Shown piece by piece: positions 54,672-63,953 of a stretch of 64,000 nucleotides of DNA. Source of the DNA: Candidatus Woesearchaeota archaeon (GTDB lineage Archaea > Nanobdellota > Nanobdellia > Woesearchaeales > GW2011-AR15); assembly GCA_016935095.1 (NCBI GenBank), contig JAFGRO010000003.1:5702-69701 (forward strand). The letters run 5' to 3'. The position numbers and the translations under genes were made by a program. A model generated the notes under the pieces. That model made no database searches and was not told where the DNA came from. It worked only from the letters and a program-made list of their open reading frames with translations. Position 1 is the stretch's first letter; each line of letters starts with the position of its first letter.

Positions 54672-55510
54672 TAATCGGCGTAACAGGCGGCAAAGGCGGT
54701 ACAGGTAAATCAACAGTTGCAACAGCTCTGGCAGTTGAACTTGCAAAAACTAAAAAAATATTATTAGCGGACATGGATGTAGAATGCCCTAATGACCACC
54801 TGATTTTGAGTATAAAAAAAAAAGAAATTAAAAAAATAGAACAAAGGATTCCTGAATTTGATTTAAGCAAATGCAGCAAATGCGGAATTTGCGGGACTGT
54901 TTGTAAAACAAAAGCTATTGTTTCAATTAAAGATAAAGAACCTATTTTTATTCCGGAACAATGCAATGGGTGTGGAGCTTGTTTTATAACGTGTCCTGTT
55001 AAAGCAATTTCATGGGATAAAAAAGAAATTGGAAAAATTTATTCCGGAAAGAATTACAGAGTTGATTTTATTTCAGGAGAACTGAAAATAAGAGAACCTG
55101 TTTCAGAGTTCATTGTAGATGAAATAAAAGAATTAATTGAAAAAATAAAAAAGAATTATGATTTTATTATTCTGGATACTGCGGCAGGAACACACTGTGA
55201 TGTGATTTCTTCATTAGACTATTGTAATAATGTTCTTGCAATTACAGAACCAAGCCCACTTGGCATGCATGATGTAGAACTAATCATCAAGTTGTGCTTA
55301 AAATTAAAAAAGCCTTTTGAAGTTATATTAAACAGGTATGAAAAAGAAAACGAGCACATAATAACCAAAATGCTTAAAAAATACAATAAGAAAATTTTTG
55401 CAAGAATTCCCTATAAAAAAGAGATAATGGAACAGTATTCAAAAGGTGTACCAATTGAAGATGAATCAATCAAAAAAATTACAGAGATTATAAAAAATGG
55501 ATATAATTAA
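54668..55510 (+). CDS. MinD/CooC-type P-loop ATPase with inserted 2x[4Fe-4S] ferredoxin domain
   Basis: GGKGGTGKST; CSKCGICGTVC and CNGCGACFITCP. Confidence 0.85.
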   Translation: MIIGVTGGKGGTGKSTVATALAVELAKTKKILLADMDVECPNDHLILSIKKKEIKKIEQRIPEFDLSKCSKCGICGTVCKTKAIVSIKDKEPIFIPEQCNGCGACFITCPVKAISWDKKEIGKIYSGKNYRVDFISGELKIREPVSEFIVDEIKELIEKIKKNYDFIILDTAAGTHCDVISSLDYCNNVLAITEPSPLGMHDVELIIKLCLKLKKPFEVILNRYEKENEHIITKMLKKYNKKIFARIPYKKEIMEQYSKGVPIEDESIKKITEIIKNGYN

Positions 55511-55967
55511 ATTAAAACCTATAGGAATAATTCATTCAGAATTTAAACAAAAAGGAAATGTTCCTATCCAGCCAAGTTTTTCCAAATCAGCGGGTAAAGT
55601 TGAGGTTTTCCCTGAATATGAATCTGGATTAAAGGATCTTGACAGGTTTTCTCATATTTATTTAATCTATTATTTTCATAAATCAGAAAACTATGAACTT
55701 TTAGTAAGACCCTATCTTGATGAAATTCAGAGAGGACTTTTTTCTACAAGAGCTCCAAATAGACCAAACAACATAGGAATTTCAGTTGTTGAACTTGAGA
55801 AGATTGAAAAAAATATTTTGCATATCAAAGGGGTTGATATAGTTGACAAAACACCATTATTAGATATAAAACCCTATATAAAAAAATTTGATATAAAAAA
55901 CAATGCAAAAGAAGGATGGATTAATAATAAAATTACAAAGGATCACAAATCTGATGACAGGTTTTAA
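55497..55967 (+). CDS. TsaA/TrmO-like (UPF0066) SAM-dependent methyltransferase fold protein
   Basis: LKPIGIIHSEF, FSHIYLIYYFH, RPNNIGISVVEL, GVDIVDKTPLLDIKPY. Confidence 0.85.
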   Translation: MDIIKLKPIGIIHSEFKQKGNVPIQPSFSKSAGKVEVFPEYESGLKDLDRFSHIYLIYYFHKSENYELLVRPYLDEIQRGLFSTRAPNRPNNIGISVVELEKIEKNILHIKGVDIVDKTPLLDIKPYIKKFDIKNNAKEGWINNKITKDHKSDDRF

Positions 55968-55972
55968 ATAAA

Positions 55973-56752
55973 ATGGTAAAAATCACAATATTGCACAAAG
56001 AACTCCAGAAATTTGACAATGATTTGTCTGGAGTAAGCTTTTTAATTGAAATAAAACCTTTAAGGATTTTATTTGATGTATCCTTTAAAGATGAAATACT
56101 TAAAAATGCAAAACAAGGAAACATTGATTTAAAAAACATTGATTTTTTAGTGATAAGTCATGGGCATATTGACCATACTGAAGGGTTAAAGTATATTGAT
56201 TTTTCTGAAATTAAGAATCTGATTTGCCATCCCTTGTGCTTGGAAAAGAAGTATTATGAAGGCGAAGGAGAGATAGGCAGTCCTCTTTCAGCAGAGGAAT
56301 TAAGAAAAAGAACAAACCTAATTCTATCCAAAGAACCATATTGGATAAATAAAAAAATCGTATTTTTAGGACAAATCCCAAGAAAACTTGAATTTGAAGG
56401 TAAACAAGCAGTTGGATATTTAGAAAATAAAAAAGAGGATTTTGTTATTGATGATTCTGCTGTTGCTATTAAACACAATAAAGGAGTGATAATTATTTCA
56501 GGCTGCTCTCATTCTGGAATCTGCAATATTGTTAATTATGCAAAAAAGGTTTGTAATGAAGAAAAAGTTTATTCTGTTATTGGCGGGTTTCATCTTTTTA
56601 ACAAAGAGCAGACAGACAAAACAATTGACTTTTTTAAAAAACAAAATATTGAAAAATTATTTCCACTGCATTGTTTGGATGAATATGCATTTTCTGAATT
56701 TAGTAAGATTGGCGGAATAAGATTAAAAACTTTGGATACATTTGAATTATAA
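55973..56752 (+). CDS. MBL-fold metallo-hydrolase
   Basis: VISHGHIDHTEG (HxHxDH); GCSHSG; GGFHL. Confidence 0.8.
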   Translation: MVKITILHKELQKFDNDLSGVSFLIEIKPLRILFDVSFKDEILKNAKQGNIDLKNIDFLVISHGHIDHTEGLKYIDFSEIKNLICHPLCLEKKYYEGEGEIGSPLSAEELRKRTNLILSKEPYWINKKIVFLGQIPRKLEFEGKQAVGYLENKKEDFVIDDSAVAIKHNKGVIIISGCSHSGICNIVNYAKKVCNEEKVYSVIGGFHLFNKEQTDKTIDFFKKQNIEKLFPLHCLDEYAFSEFSKIGGIRLKTLDTFEL

Positions 56753-56754
56753 AA

Positions 56755-57405
56755 ATGAAAGTCACGATAACATTCAATAATGAATCCAATCCCGGATTTA
56801 AATCAGGATGGGGTTTTTCATGCCTTGTAAATGAAAGTATGCTTTTTGATACAGGCTGCAGTTTTTCAGATCTGTTTTTTAATATGAAAAAATTAAATAT
56901 AAATTTAAGAAAAATAAAAAAGATTGTTCTTTCACATGAGCATTGGGATCATATCGGAGGTTTGTTTGATCTTCTGAATTATCTTGATAAAGTTAAAGTA
57001 TATGCCTTAAAAAGCTTTTCAAAAGCAAAAAAAAGTGAAATATCAAAACGAGCTGATTTAGTTCTAATTGATAAAAAAAAAGAGATTTCAAAAGACATAT
57101 TTACAACAGGCGAACTTGGAACTGGAATTAAAGAACAATCTTTAATATCAAAAACATCAAAAGGGAATATTGTCATTTGCGGATGTGCGCATCCTGGTGT
57201 AAGAACAATATTAGAAAAAGCAAGGCATTTTGGAGAAATTTATGGGATTATAGGTGGTTTACATGGGTTCTCTGATTATTCTTTAATTAAAAACATTAAA
57301 TTGATTGCAGCCTGTCATTGTACTCAAAACATTAAAGAGCTTCAAGAACGGTTTCCAAAACAATTTTCTGAAGTTAAAACAGGTGATATAATTGAAATTA
57401 ATTAA
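56755..57405 (+). CDS. MBL-fold metallo-hydrolase (paralogue)
   Basis: LSHEHWDHIGG; GCAHPG; GGLHG. Confidence 0.75.
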   Translation: MKVTITFNNESNPGFKSGWGFSCLVNESMLFDTGCSFSDLFFNMKKLNINLRKIKKIVLSHEHWDHIGGLFDLLNYLDKVKVYALKSFSKAKKSEISKRADLVLIDKKKEISKDIFTTGELGTGIKEQSLISKTSKGNIVICGCAHPGVRTILEKARHFGEIYGIIGGLHGFSDYSLIKNIKLIAACHCTQNIKELQERFPKQFSEVKTGDIIEIN

Positions 57406-57922
57406 ATATTATTTCCTGTTAATATTTTTATTATTGGTCATTGGTTGTAATAAAAAGGAAACTTTAATGAAAACTGATCTTTTAGTTAATAATATTGAAA
57501 CTACAACTCCAGAAAAGAGCATATATGTTTGTGAAGATAATACAATAGAACAAGAGCAAAAAGAAAATATTGCTGAAATAGATATTGAAGATAATACAAT
57601 AGAAGAAATGCCTCAAGAGGAAAAAACTCAAAAACTTGTTATGTTCCATAACGGCAAGGGTCCTATGTGCATTGAGCAGCTGGAATTTCTAGAAGATATA
57701 AAAAAAGAATACATAAAGCTGGTTGTAGAAGAATATTTAACAACTGAAGAAGGAACACACAATCTAATATATGAATTCATGAGCAATCATGAAAAAAGCC
57801 TTGGTGTCTCTGATAATTTTGGATATCTTCCTATTACGTTTATAAATAATCATGCTTACTCTGGATTTAATAATGAAGTCAAAAAAATGATCACAAAAGA
57901 TATTAAAGAGGTTTATAGATGA
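57392..57922 (+). CDS. lipoprotein with glutaredoxin-like C-terminal domain (degenerate CxxC)
   Basis: AGGTGAT SD plus 4 nt plus TTG start; lipobox LLVIGC; MFHNGKGPMCIEQLEFL resembles the N-domain of 42668..44050. Confidence 0.5.
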   Translation: MKLIKYYFLLIFLLLVIGCNKKETLMKTDLLVNNIETTTPEKSIYVCEDNTIEQEQKENIAEIDIEDNTIEEMPQEEKTQKLVMFHNGKGPMCIEQLEFLEDIKKEYIKLVVEEYLTTEEGTHNLIYEFMSNHEKSLGVSDNFGYLPITFINNHAYSGFNNEVKKMITKDIKEVYR

Positions 57923-58800
57923 AAAAGATTACAATTCTTTCAGGAAAAGGCGGTGTAGGTAAGAGCAGCATTACTGCTTCTCTTGGTGTTATATTATCAA
58001 AAAATTATAAGATTACCTGTGTTGACTGCGATGTAGATGCATCAAATCTTGCACTTGTGCTTGGCTTAAAAGAAAAGGATTTTGAAAAATGGGAAAAACT
58101 TGCCACAAACCAGAAAGCTGAATTTGATTTAAGCAAATGCATCTCATGCAAAAAATGTTTTGAAAATTGCTATTTTAATGCAATAGAATGGAAAGAAGAT
58201 AAGCCTGTATTAAAAGAATTCGGATGCGAGGGATGCGGTGTATGTGAATTGGTATGCCCTTCCAGGGCAATAAAACTAACTAGTGTTGATAATGCGAAAA
58301 TAGGATATGGAAAAACAAAGTATGGGTTTAATGTTGTTTCAGGGCAACTTGGAATAGGTGAATCAGGCTCAGGCAAAGTTGTCTTTGAAGTAAGAAAGCT
58401 TGCTGCAGAAATCGGAAAAGATTCTGAATTTATATTAAATGATGCTGCCGCAGGCATCGGCTGTCCTGTGATCGCATCTGTTGTTGCAAATGATTATGTA
58501 ATCGCAGTAACAGAACCTACACCCTCTGGTTTTTCAGACCTGAAAAGAGCTCTGCAGATGGTAACTCATTTTAATATCAATTCAGGAATTATTATTAATA
58601 AATTTGATTTAAATCCAGATTACACAAAAAAGATTGAAGATTTTAGCAAAAAAAACAATTTGAAGATTTTAGCAAAAATTCCCTATGATAAATCATTCTT
58701 ATATGCATTGGTAAATATGGTCCCGATAGTGGTTTATAATCCAAAGTTAGAAATATTGTTCAGGAATATTGCTGAGGAAATAAAAAAAGAAATATTTTAA
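57919..58800 (+). CDS. MinD/CooC-type P-loop ATPase with inserted 2x[4Fe-4S] ferredoxin domain (paralogue)
   Basis: SGKGGVGKSS; CISCKKCFENC and CEGCGVCELVCP. Confidence 0.85.
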   Translation: MKKITILSGKGGVGKSSITASLGVILSKNYKITCVDCDVDASNLALVLGLKEKDFEKWEKLATNQKAEFDLSKCISCKKCFENCYFNAIEWKEDKPVLKEFGCEGCGVCELVCPSRAIKLTSVDNAKIGYGKTKYGFNVVSGQLGIGESGSGKVVFEVRKLAAEIGKDSEFILNDAAAGIGCPVIASVVANDYVIAVTEPTPSGFSDLKRALQMVTHFNINSGIIINKFDLNPDYTKKIEDFSKKNNLKILAKIPYDKSFLYALVNMVPIVVYNPKLEILFRNIAEEIKKEIF

Positions 58801-58834
58801 TATATTGATTTATTGTTAGAAACAGGTGATATAA

Positions 58835-59578
58835 ATCGAGTATGCACTTTTATTATCAATACTGAGCACATTTATAGTTAGTTTATTATCTCTTATAGGA
58901 ATTATTTTCATAGCCATAAAAAAGAAAATCATGGATAAAATTATTTTATCATTGGTTGGCTTTTCTGCCGGCGCCCTTATCGGTGGGGCTTTTCTTCATT
59001 TAATCCCTGAAATAATTGAGGAATGCGACTGTACGTATATCTTTCTTTTTGTTATTTCGGGAATCATGGTTTTTTTTATTCTGGAGAGGATTTTGTTCTG
59101 GCATCATTGCCATGAAGGCGTCTGTGATGTCCACACTTTTACTTATATGAATCTAATTGGCGATGGAATACATAATTTCATTGATGGTATTGTTATTGCC
59201 ACTACTTTCAAACTGAATATAAATCTGGGCATGATTACAACATTAATGATAATGGCACATGAGCTTCCACAGGAGATAGGAGATTTTGCTGTCCTGCTTC
59301 ACGGCGGGTTTTCAAAATCAAAAGCACTTTTATTTAATTTTATTTCTGCAGTTACAGCAATTTTCGGGGCTGTGTTCGGTTATTTTTTTTCATCAACAAT
59401 GGAAAATTTCTCAACTTTTCTGCTTCCGTTTGCCGCAGGCGGTTTTATTTACATTGCAATGTCAGACCTTATTCCAGAATTACATAAAGAACAAAAACTG
59501 TCAAAATCCATGATACATTTTATGTTATTTACCATTGGAATCGTCTTCATGCTTGTAATCAGGTTAATCGGAGAATAA
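58835..59578 (+). CDS. ZIP family metal transporter; probable non-canonical ATC start
   Basis: HNFIDGI and AHELPQEIGD motifs; first TM helix (IEYALLLSILSTFIVSLLSLIGIIF) lies upstream of the first ATG (58931); AGGTGAT SD sits 4 nt before ATC 58835. Confidence 0.7.
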   Translation: MEYALLLSILSTFIVSLLSLIGIIFIAIKKKIMDKIILSLVGFSAGALIGGAFLHLIPEIIEECDCTYIFLFVISGIMVFFILERILFWHHCHEGVCDVHTFTYMNLIGDGIHNFIDGIVIATTFKLNINLGMITTLMIMAHELPQEIGDFAVLLHGGFSKSKALLFNFISAVTAIFGAVFGYFFSSTMENFSTFLLPFAAGGFIYIAMSDLIPELHKEQKLSKSMIHFMLFTIGIVFMLVIRLIGE

Positions 59579-59625
59579 AAAAAATTTAAATATGAAAACA
59601 TATTTTCTTTGTGTGGGGTGATTTT

Positions 59626-59901
59626 ATGGAAGAAAAACAAGCTCAGGAAGATTTAGGCGAGGAAATAGGAGAAATAACGCATTTCTTTAATAAGATTAAT
59701 GTCGCTGTAGTTAAGCTTACAAAAGGCAGCCTTTCAGTAGGTGACAAGATAAGGATTAAAGGTGCAACAACTGATTTTGAACAGGGTGTTGATTCAATGC
59801 AGGTTGATCATGCGAACATAGACAAAGCAGATATAGGAAAAGAGTTAGGCATGAAAGTTGCGCAGCCAGTAAGGCAGCATGATATAGTGTATAAGGTTTA
59901 G
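59626..59901 (+). CDS. small EF-Tu domain-2-like beta-barrel protein
   Basis: GGGGTGAT SD before ATG 59626; VAVVKLTKGSLSVGDKIRIKG resembles a translation-factor domain II barrel. Confidence 0.5.
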   Translation: MEEKQAQEDLGEEIGEITHFFNKINVAVVKLTKGSLSVGDKIRIKGATTDFEQGVDSMQVDHANIDKADIGKELGMKVAQPVRQHDIVYKV

Positions 59902-59967
59902 GTTTTTATTTTTAATTTTCTTTTTCATTAAATTTTGGTTATAATACACAAAATTATAAATAGTTTT

Positions 59968-61140
59968 TCAATCTATCAAATGCTCTTCTTCTACTCTTGA
60001 AATTAAAGAAAAAAGGATTGCTGCACACCCTAAGATTATCAAAGTAAAATTCAAAGACCAATCTGCTAATAATCCAACAATAGGATTTACAATGACTAGA
60101 ACTAATCTTCTTACCATAGAAACAGCAGATAATATTGTTGCTCTTTCTGAAGAGGGGATAAATTTGTTCATATAGCTTATAAACAAGGGCCTTCTGGATA
60201 ATCCGAAGCCTGCTACAAGAATAATTGCAGGTATAGCTAATAACCCTGTTTTAGAGAGACCACTTATAATAAACATTGCCCCTGTTAAAAATGCTGTCAG
60301 AAAAATTGTCTTTTTCTTACTGAGTATTCTTTCAAAAAAAGAATAACTGTTAATTACAATAACCTGGGCTAATGCCAATAATGCATGAACCACACCAAAA
60401 TACGAGATATTTATATTCAACTGTTTAAGAACCGGCTGATAAAGCCAAATTATAAAATAACTAATTGAGGCAATAGAAACCATATCAAAAGCAAGTATAT
60501 TTAGTGTTTTATTTTTATAAAAGGATCTAACTCCTTTTTTAAGTATTTTAAAATAATTTTTAGATTTTTTATATAGTACTGGCTCTTTTAATGATAGTAC
60601 AATAATAAAAGTAATAAACAAAGGATAAATAATAAAAAACATTGTTGCTCTTAAACCATATATAGAAGCAATAATGCTTCCAACAGGAGCTGAGACTATC
60701 ATTCCAATTAATTTACTGCTTTCAAATCGTGCAAATACTTTTTTTGAATCTTTTGTTTTTTTTATTATTTTTAATGTATCATAAATAAATGCCTCATGAG
60801 CTCCGGAAAAAAGTGCTCCTGCACTAGCCCAGCAAAATTCACCTATCATGAATATAAAAAAATAAGGTCTGCTAGTATATATAAAAATTCCAATAATATT
60901 AATGATTAAAGCAATAGCAAGTGTTTTTTTTCTTCCAATAAAATCAGCAATTGCACCTGAAGGAACTTCCATTATTACAATACACAACATAAACCAAGCT
61001 TGTAGTATCATTACCTGAGTTAAAGTCAGTTTACCCCAATCAGTAAAAAAAGGAACTAATACACCGCCAATAAAATGCAGGCTTGCAAAAAAATTAGCAA
61101 GATACATCTTCCATATATTTGACTTATAATTAATATCCAT
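59968..61140 (-). CDS. MFS transporter
   Basis: 12 TM; GAIADFIGRKKT motif A. Confidence 0.8.
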   Translation of the reverse strand: MDINYKSNIWKMYLANFFASLHFIGGVLVPFFTDWGKLTLTQVMILQAWFMLCIVIMEVPSGAIADFIGRKKTLAIALIINIIGIFIYTSRPYFFIFMIGEFCWASAGALFSGAHEAFIYDTLKIIKKTKDSKKVFARFESSKLIGMIVSAPVGSIIASIYGLRATMFFIIYPLFITFIIVLSLKEPVLYKKSKNYFKILKKGVRSFYKNKTLNILAFDMVSIASISYFIIWLYQPVLKQLNINISYFGVVHALLALAQVIVINSYSFFERILSKKKTIFLTAFLTGAMFIISGLSKTGLLAIPAIILVAGFGLSRRPLFISYMNKFIPSSERATILSAVSMVRRLVLVIVNPIVGLLADWSLNFTLIILGCAAILFSLISRVEEEHLID

Positions 61141-61242
61141 AAAAATAGGTTAGAGGTTCATATTTAATAAGTTTTGTCAAAAACCACTGAACACATTAAA
61201 AGAGCGTTGAACTCATTATATTCAACACAATAATCCTTGGAA

Positions 61243-61857
61243 TTAGAATAATAAAAATAAGCTATATCCAAATTTTAATCCGAAATATCCTAACATTAAG
61301 CTGGCTCCTAGGGAGATATATTTCAAATATCTTCTATGAATATATTTTTTACCTAATTGTATTAGTAAAATAAAGAAAACAAAAAAAACAAAAAATCCTA
61401 AAAACATTCCAGAAATTAATAATAAATTATTGCTTAAAGAAGCTGTATTTGCAGTTGCATCTGCTCCAATAAGTCCCATTAATACTAAAGGTAAAGACGG
61501 ATTTGAAAATGATATCAACAAAGCATCGATATAATGATTTTTACCTTTCTTTTTTTTTGAGATTATAAAGTCCTTCTTTTTTTTAAAATCTAAAAATGCA
61601 TCATAGGCTAAATAAAATAATACAATAACTCCAAAAGCTAATAATACTGCATTGATAACTTTGGATTTAGAAACATAAGATAATCCAAAAATAATAAGTG
61701 CAAAATATATTGAAAACACAGTCATATTTCCTAATACAAACAAAGCCGAGGCTTTCCATCCTTCTTTGAAACCTCTTCTAATTAATTCAACATTTGTTGG
61801 TCCCATAGGTGCATTAAGTGCAATACCAAATAATAAACCCTGCAAAACCATATTCAT
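61243..61857 (-). CDS. LysE/RhtB family amino-acid exporter
   Basis: N-terminal GLLFGIALNAPMGPTNVELIRRG; 6 TM. Confidence 0.8.
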   Translation of the reverse strand: MNMVLQGLLFGIALNAPMGPTNVELIRRGFKEGWKASALFVLGNMTVFSIYFALIIFGLSYVSKSKVINAVLLAFGVIVLFYLAYDAFLDFKKKKDFIISKKKKGKNHYIDALLISFSNPSLPLVLMGLIGADATANTASLSNNLLLISGMFLGFFVFFVFFILLIQLGKKYIHRRYLKYISLGASLMLGYFGLKFGYSLFLLF

Positions 61858-61936
61858 GTATTATATTCTTGAATTTCTAAATAAATATCTTTCTAAATCC
61901 AGAGATAAATCAAAAAGAAAAGAAAAAGAAATTTTA

Positions 61937-63664
61937 TCAATCCTCATCCATAATATCGACTTCTATGTCAATGTCTTTTAAATACATGTATTCCATTTTT
62001 ATATAGAGCCAGTCCTCTAAAACATCATCAACATCACTTATATCTATTTCACAGTCTATTTTTTCAGATTCCCCATTGCTTATATATACTAAACCAGTAT
62101 CATCATCATCCTCTATGTCAGAACACTCGATGCCAATATCCATATCACTGTCTATATCTATCCATACTTTATAGCGGTCTTCATTAGAAGAGGTATCATT
62201 GCAGTCTGTATTTCTTGCAAAAAAAGCGCCTTCGTCGGAATCAACATTTTCAATCCTGAAACTCAGTTCAATTGTATCATCATCCTCTAGCTGTTGTTCA
62301 ACATCTGTAATGTGGATTGGCGCACCTGAATTATGATATTCATTTTCCTGGTCAACATTGCATGTTTTGCAGTCATGCTTATTAACACATAATCGTATTA
62401 TTGATTTTGTTTTATATCCAAAGCAAAGATTAGCAGTTATACCCACTTCTATGTTGTCAGTTAAATCTTCCTGGTAATTAAGGTCATCAATTTCAATCTC
62501 TTCTTCATCTCCGGGATCAACTGATGAAAAATCTTCTGTTAAATCACCCGGACTAATATCAAATTCTGTAGCATTAATGCCAATTATTTCCAAATATCCC
62601 TCTTCTATTTCAGCTTCTCCGTTGTTTTCAATCAATACAGCAATTTCGAATTCATCTCCCCCGTTGTCTCCTACCTGATCTGGAGGTTTATCATCAATAA
62701 AATCAAAGTCAATCACATTATTCTCATCTGAATAGCCGTCTGGTAATTCAAGCGCATCATAGTCGCAAGTGCATTCATAATCAGAACAGGCTTCATCTTC
62801 ACTGCAATGGCCGTTTTCAAAGCATTCAACATTGCATTTTCCAAGTATTATGCCTTTATTTACCTTATGTTTGCACCCGTCATCTTCTAAAATGCATTCG
62901 ATATAGTTATAGTCATCACAAGCATCTCCTGTGCATTCATCTTCACAAATATCTTCAGTACATTTATATTTGCTGTTGCACCTTTCGTCTGAATCGCAAT
63001 CATCTTCTTCTTCACATTCAACATCACATTTCCCTATAGTTGGGCCTTCATCCTTTTTTTCTTTGCACATGGACGGGCCTCTTAAGCAGGATATATAATT
63101 ATATCCACTGCAGGTGTCTTCTGTGCATTCATCTTCACAATCCAAGAAAAGACAATTATAATCAATACATCTGTCATCTCCTTCGCAATCATCATCATTA
63201 ATGCATTCAACACTGCATTTTCCCATAGTTGGGCCTTTATCTTCTTTTACTTTACATCCTTCTGCAGAAGCTATACATTCAATATAATTATACCCTTCAC
63301 AGGTATCGTCTGTGCATTCATCTTCACAGGTTCTAACGGTTTTTCTATATATACAATTCAATGTATTACTTTCACTATCTATGTACATGACAAGATTCAG
63401 GTTTGAGTCTGGATCATCTATTGTAATCTTATAATAACTAGAAACAAGCATCTGCTCACCGCATCCCTCTCTTATCTCTTCAATTGAATCATTAACCTGT
63501 TCTTCAGTCAATAAAATCAATTTCATCTCGGCATTCGGGTATTCTTTTAGAAATTCCTTGACCTGTGAATTGGCTTTTGCAAATTTAATTGGATCAAAGC
63601 TTTTTGAACAGCTAAACAACAAAACAGAAAACAACGCCAACAATATTAATACTCTCTTTTTCAT
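61937..63664 (-). CDS. secreted lipoprotein with three tandem Cys-rich repeats and a highly acidic C-terminal half
   Basis: Lipobox LLFSC; 3x about 62-aa CEDECT.D.C.GYNYI.C....C..K...G....GKC.VEC....C..D..C. Confidence 0.7.
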   Translation of the reverse strand: MKKRVLILLALFSVLLFSCSKSFDPIKFAKANSQVKEFLKEYPNAEMKLILLTEEQVNDSIEEIREGCGEQMLVSSYYKITIDDPDSNLNLVMYIDSESNTLNCIYRKTVRTCEDECTDDTCEGYNYIECIASAEGCKVKEDKGPTMGKCSVECINDDDCEGDDRCIDYNCLFLDCEDECTEDTCSGYNYISCLRGPSMCKEKKDEGPTIGKCDVECEEEDDCDSDERCNSKYKCTEDICEDECTGDACDDYNYIECILEDDGCKHKVNKGIILGKCNVECFENGHCSEDEACSDYECTCDYDALELPDGYSDENNVIDFDFIDDKPPDQVGDNGGDEFEIAVLIENNGEAEIEEGYLEIIGINATEFDISPGDLTEDFSSVDPGDEEEIEIDDLNYQEDLTDNIEVGITANLCFGYKTKSIIRLCVNKHDCKTCNVDQENEYHNSGAPIHITDVEQQLEDDDTIELSFRIENVDSDEGAFFARNTDCNDTSSNEDRYKVWIDIDSDMDIGIECSDIEDDDDTGLVYISNGESEKIDCEIDISDVDDVLEDWLYIKMEYMYLKDIDIEVDIMDED

Positions 63665-63771
63665 GATAATATTCTCTTAATTGATAAGTCTTATATAAAT
63701 TTTTTTCTTTATTTATTATTAAAAAAAGCATAATAATAACTTTTTTAAATAATTCTTGTTTTCTAAGATAT

Positions 63772-63951
63772 ATGGCTCGCTCAAACAGGATATCAATGCC
63801 TTCCTCAGGAGCAGGAATCACCCGTTATTTTGAAGATTATAAATCAAAGATAGAGTTCCAGCCGGGTCATATTATCATAATAACCATTATTGTAATCTTG
63901 CTTATCGGATTGCTACATATATACGGACTTAATATTCTTAACATATTATAA
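63772..63951 (+). CDS. secG: preprotein translocase Sec61-beta (archaeal SecG)
   Basis: 59 aa (below track cutoff): MARSNRISMPSSGAGITRYFEDYKSKIEFQPGHIIIITIIVILLIGLLHIYG, the typical SSGAGL.RYF motif plus C-terminal TM. Confidence 0.75.
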   Translation: MARSNRISMPSSGAGITRYFEDYKSKIEFQPGHIIIITIIVILLIGLLHIYGLNILNIL

Positions 63952-63953
63952 AA

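Noticed and set aside
55973-57405. Assigning the tandem MBL-fold proteins to methanopterin biosynthesis (dihydropterin-aminobenzene-phosphate synthase-like)
   Set aside because: Such labels are often propagated to this MBL subfamily. No other methanopterin or methanogenesis genes are present, and nothing in the sequence is specific to that activity. I kept the generic MBL-fold call.
58826-58834. GTG-ATA-TAA upstream of the second ZIP gene as a premature stop, or TAA recoding
   Set aside because: The GTG is part of the AGGTGAT Shine-Dalgarno. TAA is used as the terminator by many genes in the window, so reassignment is implausible. An ATC start is the simpler reading.
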